NCBI GenBank assembly: GCA_039190745.1
Contig: JBCCXZ010000012.1
Span: forward strand, 1-64,000
DNA: 64,000 nucleotides
Source: Planctomycetota bacterium
GTDB lineage: Bacteria; Planctomycetota; Planctomycetia; Pirellulales; Lacipirellulaceae
Direction: 5' to 3'
Shown here: positions 56,789 to 64,000 of the stretch, piece after piece
Numbering within the stretch: the first letter of the stretch is position 1
How the letters are laid out: each line of letters starts with the position of its first letter
The notes under the pieces: model-generated
Seen by the model: the letters and a program-made list of their open reading frames with translations, nothing else
What the model was told of the DNA's origin: nothing
Databases searched by the model: none
Made by a program: the position numbers and the translations under genes

Positions 56789-57727
56789 CTAGCGGCGTAG
56801 ACGCAGAGGCGCCACGGCCAACCCAACGAGCAGCAGCACCGCAGTCGTCGGCTCCGGAACAAACGTCCGGACGACGACGTTCGTCAGCGTGATGCCATTG
56901 TCAGGGTCGCCGGCCGAGTTCGTCGAACCAAAGGTGTTACTATTCACCCAGACGCCGAACATCCCGAAGTTGTTGCCTTGGCCGTTAGTGTCCGAGGCGC
57001 TGTCGATACGTGCTTCTTCATCCAGCAAGGCGCCGCCCGCTTCGCTCATGCTGCTGAAGACGACCATCTCGTCGACCGAAGTCCGGAGGACAGAGAATAC
57101 GCCCACGTAGTCCGTGTTGGCGGTGAACGAGTAACCGGCGTCCGGAGAGCTGCCGAGGTTGGTCCATTCGCCGGTCGTCCCCAGGAATCGGCCGTTGACG
57201 CCGTCCAGAGGGACAGGCGGGACCGTATTGTGCTCCCGGATCGAGACGTCGGCGGCCGAACCCGTATTCACGTCAAAGTCCGCCATAAATCCCGGCAAGG
57301 CGACGTACACGGGGTTGGCGGTGCTGGAGGACGAAGACAGGTCGTCCGCCAACGCCGCGTTCGTGCCGTCCATCAGGGCAACCTTCAGGGCCGTGCTCCT
57401 GTTGTTGCCGACAGTCGCCGGGGTGGTGAAGGCATACGTGACCTCGATTTTCTCGCCCACCGCTAGGTTCTGCGGTGCGAACGTCGCGTGGATACCGCGG
57501 CCGGACGTGCCGCTTCGCAGCCCGAGTCCCGTGCCGTCGATCTCGACCGAGTTGCCGCTGGTAGAGCTCGAAGACCACCAATCGGCGTCCAGGGCGCCCG
57601 TCTTGGTGCGGTCCACGTCGGAGAAATCGTCATCGACGATCAGGGCGGCCTGAGAAACCGCAGGGCCCAGAGCGAAGAGCCCAACCGCTAAAGCCAGCAA
57701 AAGGCCTAGACTGTGAGTACGTTTCAT
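56789..57727 (-). CDS. PEP-CTERM exported protein, distant paralogue of 46788-48329
   Basis: Signal peptide and VPEP + TM + RLRR. Shares DxFxDxD, GRG and G[DE]K[IV]xV[ST][FY] blocks. Confidence 0.85.
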   Translation of the reverse strand: MKRTHSLGLLLALAVGLFALGPAVSQAALIVDDDFSDVDRTKTGALDADWWSSSSTSGNSVEIDGTGLGLRSGTSGRGIHATFAPQNLAVGEKIEVTYAFTTPATVGNNRSTALKVALMDGTNAALADDLSSSSSTANPVYVALPGFMADFDVNTGSAADVSIREHNTVPPVPLDGVNGRFLGTTGEWTNLGSSPDAGYSFTANTDYVGVFSVLRTSVDEMVVFSSMSEAGGALLDEEARIDSASDTNGQGNNFGMFGVWVNSNTFGSTNSAGDPDNGITLTNVVVRTFVPEPTTAVLLLVGLAVAPLRLRR

Positions 57728-57800
57728 TAGATGCCTTCCATTGAATGAGAAGAGAAGCCAGAGAAGTACTACTATTTGGCTTCAATGCTCCGGCACCCAC

Positions 57801-57830
57801 AACCCTTTTTTCCGTAGTTGAATTCCGTTT
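57801..57830 (-). promoter_or_regulatory. candidate XylR-type operator (21-bp phase)
   Basis: Plus-strand AACCCTTTT (57801) and ATTCCGTTT (57822). The region resembles 48556-48590. Confidence 0.4.
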
Positions 57831-58131
57831 TCTCGTTTGCTGGCAAGCACGCACCTCACGTCACTCAATAGGCAACGAATCGCATTGAACGCTTCCAATT
57901 CGCGCCGGAGGCCTAAACGATTGTGCGGCCACACACCACAACGTCGACCTCCGAGAAAACGCATCTCGTCGGCCACAAATTCGGCAGCTCAGACCTGATA
58001 CGTCTGAGACCGCGGCGGCATGCAAGAGAACGCCCGCTGAGAGAAAGAAAAGTGCCACAGCTCCGGGGGCCGGTGGTACCGGCCCCCGTCGCTGCTGCAC
58101 TGCCTACCCAAGGCATCGTTCCAAAAGGTGG

Positions 58132-59481
58132 TTAAGGAGCCGACTCCGTCAGCGCCAACAGCGTCGTCGCCGTGTCGCTGAGGTTGGCCGTCGTCGCCGA
58201 CTGCTCCTCGATCGCCGCCGCCACGTTGTTGGTGTTGCTGCTCACTTCGGAGATGCTCGAGTTGATCTCCCCGGTCGAGTGCACTACCCGCGTGATCTGC
58301 GACTTAATCTCTGTCACCACCGTGTCGATATTCTTCGTCGCCTCCGCGGTGCCTTGGGCGAGCTGCTTCACCTCGCTCGCCACAACGGCAAAGCTGTGCC
58401 CGGCGTTCCCCGCACGAGCGGCTTCGATCGTGGCGTTGAGCGCCAGCACCTGCGTTTGGTCCGCGAGGTCCTCGATCACCCGAACAACCTCGCCGATGCT
58501 CTGGCTGCACTGGTCGAGCGAATGCACGATGTCGATCGTCGAGCTCGCCAGGTCCTTGGTCGTGCTCGCCAGCGAAGCGGTCCGGTTCACGTTCCGCGAG
58601 ATCTCGTCGATCGTCGCCGCCATCTCCGTCACGCTGTTTGCCACAGACTTGCCGATCTCCTCGGTCTGCTGCTTCGCCTGTTTGGCTGCAGTGATGTCGG
58701 TCGCAAACTTGATCACCTTGGTGACCTTCCCCCGGCCGTCGAACACGGGGTTGTACGAGGCCTGGATCCAGATCTCGCGTCCGCCCTTGGCCAGCCGGCA
58801 ATACTCCGCCGACTGATACTCCCCGCTGTTCAGGCTACGCCAGAAGGCCTTGTACTCCTCACCGGCCGCGTAGTCCGGGTGGACAAACATCCGGTGGTGC
58901 TGGCCGACGATCTCGTTCAGCGAGTATCCTACCGCGGCAAGAAAATTATCATTCGCCGTGATAATTGTGCCGTCGAGGTTGAACTCGATGACCGCCTGCG
59001 ACCGGTGGATCGAAGCAATCTGCGCTTTGTTCTCGGCGTTGTGGAGCTTCTCGGCCGTGATGTCGGTCGCAAACTTGACGACCTTCACCACCCGGCCCTC
59101 ACAGTCGAAGACCGGGTTGTACGTCGCCTGGATCCAGATCGAATGCCCGCCCTTCGCCACACGCATGTACTCCGCCGCCTCGAACTCGCCGCGTCGCAAG
59201 CGGTCCCAAAACTGCCGGTAAGCAACGCTCTCCGCCTCCGCCGGCTCAACGAACATCCGGTGGTGCTGGCCTTGGATCTCCTGCAGCGTGTACCCCACCG
59301 CGCCCAGGAAGTTCTCGTTCGCTGTGAGGATCGTGCCGTCCGGCTCGAACTCGATCACCGCCTGAGAGCGGTTCATCGCGTCGTACTTCGCTTCCAGCTC
59401 GCGGTGGTACGCCTCAACTTCGGGGTCGATCGCCGGAATTTCCTCAACAACTTTTTTGCCTCGACTCAACAGTGCCCGCAT
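58132..59481 (-). CDS. soluble methyl-accepting chemotaxis protein with two PAS domains (BdlA-like)
   Basis: Two repeats of [31 protein letters not shown], plus [19 protein letters not shown]. No TM. Confidence 0.92.
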   Translation of the reverse strand: MRALLSRGKKVVEEIPAIDPEVEAYHRELEAKYDAMNRSQAVIEFEPDGTILTANENFLGAVGYTLQEIQGQHHRMFVEPAEAESVAYRQFWDRLRRGEFEAAEYMRVAKGGHSIWIQATYNPVFDCEGRVVKVVKFATDITAEKLHNAENKAQIASIHRSQAVIEFNLDGTIITANDNFLAAVGYSLNEIVGQHHRMFVHPDYAAGEEYKAFWRSLNSGEYQSAEYCRLAKGGREIWIQASYNPVFDGRGKVTKVIKFATDITAAKQAKQQTEEIGKSVANSVTEMAATIDEISRNVNRTASLASTTKDLASSTIDIVHSLDQCSQSIGEVVRVIEDLADQTQVLALNATIEAARAGNAGHSFAVVASEVKQLAQGTAEATKNIDTVVTEIKSQITRVVHSTGEINSSISEVSSNTNNVAAAIEEQSATTANLSDTATTLLALTESAP

Positions 59482-59761
59482 CTTGTCGCCTCATCTTTGG
59501 GTAGAACGCAATACACCTCGGGGCGGCCCTCAAGGACCGCGGCCCGCCACACATCGGCTCGCGGAAGACCGCCCGGCTAACGCAAAGAATCAGGCAAACA
59601 GACCGTTCTTTGCAGAAACCGAAACGCTCAGCCCGGCCGGGCCGATAAGAGTGCTAGGTTTGAGAGGTTTCAAAACCTCCCAAAACTCGCACATCGAAAA
59701 CCTAGGACGGACTTGGGCGGCAGGCCGGCGAATTCTTGAGTTTTTTTTGGAGCCCCAGGGC

Positions 59762-60691
59762 ATGAAGAACCCACTCCTGAGCCCCAAGCAGGTTGCAGAC
59801 GCCTTGGGCGTGAGCCAATCCTCCGTCCGGCGGTGGTGCGACCAGGGAAAACTCGCCAGCACCCGCACCGCGGGGGGCCACCGGAAGTTCGCGGTTGAAG
59901 CGGTTATCCGGTTCGCACGCGAGATCGGTGCCGACATCCAGAACCCCGAGCTCCTAGGCAATCCCGTCCTGCAGCGCGGCGGCCTCTCCGCCTCTAGCGT
60001 GCAGGACTTTGTCCACGCCCTCCGCAACGACAAGCCGGCGTTCTGCGTCCAAGCACTCGTCGCGGCATTCAACGCCCCAACCAAGGTCTCCTCCCTGCTC
60101 GACGAACTCGTCGGACCGGCAATGCAGCAGATCGGCGCCCTTTGGGAATCGGGCGAAATCAGCGTCGATCAGGAACGCCGGTCCTGCCAAATCGTCCTCG
60201 CAGCGCTCGCGGAGCTAGAAGACCTCCTCCCCAAGCCTGCGGGCGGCGCCCCGCTTGCCATCGGCGGCACCCCCGCGGGTGACTTCGCCCAAATCGGCAC
60301 CAGGATGTGCGAGCTCGTACTGAAAGCCAACGGTTGGAATGCACGCCAACTCGGGGCCGGTCTGCCCCCGCAGTACCTGGCCGCGGCCTGCCGCCGAGAG
60401 AACCCCGACTTGCTCTGGATCAGCGCCATCCACCTGCTCGACCCGCAGGCCTTCGCCACCGAGTACCGAGACCGCCTCGGACCGCTCATCAACCAAGGGC
60501 TCCGCGTCGCGCTCGGCGGCAGAGAGATCAGCCCCCACCTGCGAGCCTGCCTGCCCCACGCTTTCTACGGAGAGTCAATGACACAACTCGACGCCTACTG
60601 CCGAGGGGTCCCCAAACGGCAGGTCGAAGCGCCGATCCCGAGCCTGCTCGCCGAACCCCAGAACACGCCATCGGCTCCGCTCAATTCCTGA
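59762..60691 (+). CDS. MerR-like HTH + B12-binding-like domain regulator (CarH/LitR architecture, degenerate ligands)
   Basis: LSPKQVADALGVSQSSVRRW..RTAGGHRKF, IGALWESGEISVDQER, and a Rossmann-like C-domain. Confidence 0.8.
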   Translation: MKNPLLSPKQVADALGVSQSSVRRWCDQGKLASTRTAGGHRKFAVEAVIRFAREIGADIQNPELLGNPVLQRGGLSASSVQDFVHALRNDKPAFCVQALVAAFNAPTKVSSLLDELVGPAMQQIGALWESGEISVDQERRSCQIVLAALAELEDLLPKPAGGAPLAIGGTPAGDFAQIGTRMCELVLKANGWNARQLGAGLPPQYLAAACRRENPDLLWISAIHLLDPQAFATEYRDRLGPLINQGLRVALGGREISPHLRACLPHAFYGESMTQLDAYCRGVPKRQVEAPIPSLLAEPQNTPSAPLNS

Positions 60692-60754
60692 GTCGAGTCT
60701 TCGGCGCGACTACTCTTCTGAAGAACAGCGGGTCTTCTGGAGAACAGCCGAGAG

Positions 60755-61681
60755 CTAGAACAGCCTCAGCGCAGCGTTCGCGTCGACGTACTCGTCGACC
60801 GCGGCCTTGTACGCCGCAGCGACACGCCGCGTGACCGGCCCGCCGCCTCCAGGCAGGTCCAACGACCGCTCACGAGAGAGCATCAAAGAAGCCACGGGCA
60901 TCACCTCCCGCGTCGAACTCGTCACAAAGCACTCCGATACATCGGCCAGGTCGTCGACCGAAAGTTCTCGAGCACCGACGGGAAAACCCTCCCGCTCGCT
61001 CATCTGCTCGATCGCCCACTTGGTGATCCCGCGCAGAATCCCCGAGGCGGGGCTCGGCGTTACCAACTCGCCGTCGAGAACGAAAAACACGTTACTCGTC
61101 GAGGCCTCGGTCACGTGCCCAGCCGCATTGAGCATCACGCAATCGTCGGCGCCCAGTTCGATCGCCTCGGACACCGCCAGGATATTGTTCAGGTAGTTCC
61201 CGCTCTTGATGTCCGGGTTCAGGGCGTCTGCCGCGTTCCTCCGAACGCTGGTCACCGCCACCCGCATGCCGTGGCTGTAGTGCTCCGGATTCCACTTAGG
61301 AACCGGTTTCACAAGCACGACTAACCGCGTCTCCGCGTCCGGCTGAGGGACCAAGTCCACCGGGCCCCCGCCCCGCGTGACGTGCCAGCGGACATAAACG
61401 TCCTCGCCGCTCGGCGGCTCCGCCGCTTCAATCGTCCGCCGGATCTCTCCGAGGATCTCCTCGCGGGTCTGCCCTAGCGTCATGTGGATCAACGCCGCCG
61501 AGTTCTCCATCCGGTCCATGTGCTCGTGGCAGAACAGCGGCACGCCCGAGTAGGTCCGGAACACCTCGTAAATCGAATCCCCATACAGGAACCCTCGGTC
61601 GAGCACCGAGACGCTCGCCTCTTCCAACGGAGAAATGGCCCCGTCCACGTTGGCCATAGGGCGGAGCGACTGCGCAATCAT
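60755..61681 (-). CDS. aminotransferase class IV (IlvE/D-amino acid aminotransferase/PabC-like)
   Basis: DRGFLYGDSIYE, IKSGNYL, EASTSNVF, GILRGIT, ECFVTSS. Confidence 0.9.
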   Translation of the reverse strand: MIAQSLRPMANVDGAISPLEEASVSVLDRGFLYGDSIYEVFRTYSGVPLFCHEHMDRMENSAALIHMTLGQTREEILGEIRRTIEAAEPPSGEDVYVRWHVTRGGGPVDLVPQPDAETRLVVLVKPVPKWNPEHYSHGMRVAVTSVRRNAADALNPDIKSGNYLNNILAVSEAIELGADDCVMLNAAGHVTEASTSNVFFVLDGELVTPSPASGILRGITKWAIEQMSEREGFPVGARELSVDDLADVSECFVTSSTREVMPVASLMLSRERSLDLPGGGGPVTRRVAAAYKAAVDEYVDANAALRLF

Positions 61682-61933
61682 CGGCGGGTCTCGGCGGTGG
61701 AGGGGCAGCGAACGCTAGGCCCTGGGCTGACCCAACCATTTGAACCTTGCCGGAGGACCGAGTCCACACTCCGGCGACACCACGCCCCGCGCAACCGCAT
61801 CTCTCGGGGGCCGGACCGCGGAAAATCCCCAATGATCCGAGAATTCAGACCAGCAACTCCTGCGATACGCGCAGTGGACTCTTCGATTTACTCCAAACAG
61901 CGCCCAACGCAGCAATACGCAAGCCCAGTCAAT

Positions 61934-63229
61934 TCACTCTAGGTGCTCTGGGTCGGCACTAAGCAGCACCGCAAACCAACGCGTCTGCTCAAAGTTTTCC
62001 ATCACGATTTTCACCACCATCGTTAGCGGCACCGAAAACAACAGCCCCACCGGCCCGAGCACCCAACCCCAAAAAACCAAAGACACAAACACCACCAGCG
62101 CCGAAAGCCCCAGGTCTTTGCCCATCACCTTTGGCTCCAGCAGGTTGCTCACTACGAGGTTAATCACCCCATAGCCCGCCGCGGTCAGCAGCCCGCGCGA
62201 CACGTTGAACAAATCCTCGTTCTGCGAAGGTTCGATCTCGATCAATGCGACAATTACCGCCGGGATCGCCGCGATGAACGAACCGATGTTCGGGATGAAG
62301 TTCAAGAGAAACGCCATCAAGGCCCACAGCTCCGCGTACTTCACGCCCAAAGCTCTGAGCAACAGCCACACGCACGCACCCAGCAGCAGGCTGATCCACG
62401 TCTTCAGCGTTGTGTAACGCAGCACCGCCACACGGATCTTCTCCGCCTGCTCCAAAGTCCGCGTCGTGCCGCCGGACAAGACAATCAGCTTCCGAGACAT
62501 CCCCGAAGCTTCCAGAAGCATGAACAGCACCGTCATCAACACGAGGAACGCATTGCTGAACAGAGTGCTCAGCCCCCCCAGAAAGCTCGTCAGGAAACCG
62601 ATCAACTGGCCGGCGAGTTTCCCGACTTCCTCGTTCACCGTCTCCTCAGGCTCTGTTTCTCCACCCCCTGCTTCCTCAGTCTCTGCTTCTTCAGTCGCTG
62701 CTTCCTCATTGGCTTCTCCGACGACGCCCTTCGAGTCCGACGCATCGCCAGGCTCCACGCCAGAAATGGCCTCTCCTTCCTCGCTCAGCCCCGCTACGGC
62801 TTGGTCAGCCTCTACAGACCCCGCCGGATCAACCGGCGAAAATTCAGGCTCACCATCGCCACGAAAGAGCGACGTCGACACGCCGTGAGCATCGAGCCAG
62901 TCCAAAGAGCGGTCGACCCCCACGCGGATCGCGGCCCGGTACTCGCTATCTTTCCCCACAAAGTCCGCAATCGACCGCGTCGCGATCCCCGCCGCCGCGA
63001 GCATCAAGAGCGTCACCCCCAAGATCACAACACCGAGCGCCACCATCTGCGGGAGCCCCCGCTTCTCTAACGCCTGCATCGCCGGGGCGCACAGCACCGC
63101 CAAGAACGCCGCCACCAAGAACGGCACGACCAACGGCTGCGCCGCACGCAGCCCCGCCACCACAATCACCAGGGCCGCCATCCCCAGAAGCCATCGGAAC
63201 GGATCGGCGCGGGTCTCGGGAGTCGACAT
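61934..63229 (-). CDS. AI-2E family transporter with an acidic insertion
   Basis: VPFLVAAFLAVL, AFLLNFIPNIG, LEPKVMG, FWGWVLGPVGLLFSVPLT. Confidence 0.9.
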   Translation of the reverse strand: MSTPETRADPFRWLLGMAALVIVVAGLRAAQPLVVPFLVAAFLAVLCAPAMQALEKRGLPQMVALGVVILGVTLLMLAAAGIATRSIADFVGKDSEYRAAIRVGVDRSLDWLDAHGVSTSLFRGDGEPEFSPVDPAGSVEADQAVAGLSEEGEAISGVEPGDASDSKGVVGEANEEAATEEAETEEAGGGETEPEETVNEEVGKLAGQLIGFLTSFLGGLSTLFSNAFLVLMTVLFMLLEASGMSRKLIVLSGGTTRTLEQAEKIRVAVLRYTTLKTWISLLLGACVWLLLRALGVKYAELWALMAFLLNFIPNIGSFIAAIPAVIVALIEIEPSQNEDLFNVSRGLLTAAGYGVINLVVSNLLEPKVMGKDLGLSALVVFVSLVFWGWVLGPVGLLFSVPLTMVVKIVMENFEQTRWFAVLLSADPEHLE

Positions 63230-63326
63230 CGCTGGGTGGCTCGGGGTTCGTAGATTCGTAAACCAGAGCCCGAAGTCTAGCCGGTCCGCCACCGAGCACC
63301 CACCCGACTCACGCCGTCCCCCCGAC

Positions 63327-64000
63327 TCATGCGATCCGCACGCCCCAGAACAGAGACACGTCCGAACCCTCCGCAACCAACGCCGAGTGGGGCTGCGACG
63401 ACAAGGCCGTCGCGAACTCCGCCCCGTAGAGCGACGCCACGTCCGCCTCGAACCGCACCGACTCCGCGTCCCACACCCCCCACCGCGGGTGCTCCACCGC
63501 GTACTCCAGCGTCCCGCCGTCCCGCTGACGAGAGTAACCCCAGTAGTGCTCCGTGATGAACTCCGCCAGCGAACCGTGCTCCAACGGCTTCAACGGACCA
63601 GCAGTCTCAGCACGCAGCGTCGACCACTCGTTCCCCTGCCGCCACTGGTAGCAGAAGTCCCCGCCCTGCGCCTTGTTGGCCTCGTCCCGCCAATCGATCC
63701 GGTAACGCATCGGCGCCCGCTCGTACTTCTCACGGAACAACGTCCTCGCCACGAAGGTCACGCTCCGGCTCGGCACGAGTTCTTTCACAAACACAACGCC
63801 CCGCCGCTCCTCCCCGTCCACAACCCGCTTCACGTAGAAACGCAGGTTGACCTCGTCGAACCGCCGGTGCAATGGGATCGGCACACGACCGAACAGCTTC
63901 GTGTCGTCGAACAGAAACCCGACCATACTCGCCAGGCACTCCCCGCGCCACAGGTCGAGTTCCGTCCCCCGCGGGACCATCGGTTCAAGCACCGCCGGGT
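63327..64000 (-). CDS. DUF2071/YqjF-family protein (5' end outside the window)
   Basis: FDEVNLRFYV, RGVVFVKE, EFITEHYWGY, EYAVEHPRW. Confidence 0.85.
   Translation of the reverse strand, partial: PAVLEPMVPRGTELDLWRGECLASMVGFLFDDTKLFGRVPIPLHRRFDEVNLRFYVKRVVDGEERRGVVFVKELVPSRSVTFVARTLFREKYERAPMRYRIDWRDEANKAQGGDFCYQWRQGNEWSTLRAETAGPLKPLEHGSLAEFITEHYWGYSRQRDGGTLEYAVEHPRWGVWDAESVRFEADVASLYGAEFATALSSQPHSALVAEGSDVSLFWGVRIA

Noticed and set aside
24340..64000. attR duplicate of the tRNA-Leu 3' end, or an integrase
   Set aside because: None found by eye in the window, so island status stays unproven.

Overview
High-GC bacterial DNA with a Planctomycetota (Pirellulales/Lacipirellulaceae-like) gene repertoire: DUF1559 prepilin-like proteins, PEP-CTERM proteins with dockerin-like repeats, and Tat-exported oxidoreductases. 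1-24 kb is mostly housekeeping (nuoI fragment, csrA, tRNA-Glu, hemH, aminopeptidase, acyl-CoA dehydrogenase, ECF sigma/anti-sigma, ispD, tyrS, leuA with a complete leucine attenuator, tRNA-Leu). Two accessory systems stand out. (1) A metal-starvation (probably Zn) regulon defined by a shared 15-bp palindrome TGCAA-N5-TTGCA found five times. It joins a leader/DUF1559/two-PEP-CTERM operon at 7.3-10.9 kb to an 11-kb cluster after tRNA-Leu (Fur-family regulator, COG0523 GTPase, MerC-like protein, two DUF318 permeases, DUF58, a transglutaminase-like protein lacking the catalytic Cys, MoxR ATPase, His-rich lipoprotein). The 7-11 kb operon and the permease operon each begin with a CxxC + C-terminal RGPP leader ORF that looks like a metal-sensing ribosome-arrest peptide. 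(2) A ~21-kb alginate-utilisation locus (36.4-57.7 kb) with PL6 and PF05426-type lyases, an intact AlgG-type C5-epimerase but no alginate biosynthesis genes, no SusC/D or TonB receptor, a DUF1559/lipoprotein/PEP-CTERM module, an XylR-type regulator with 21-bp-phased candidate operators, and a non-canonical set of downstream enzymes. Also present: REP-like palindromes, a 96-bp dispersed MITE-like repeat, tandem Rex-like boxes and a spermidine-synthase-like relic. All family assignments come from motif recognition by eye, not database searches.
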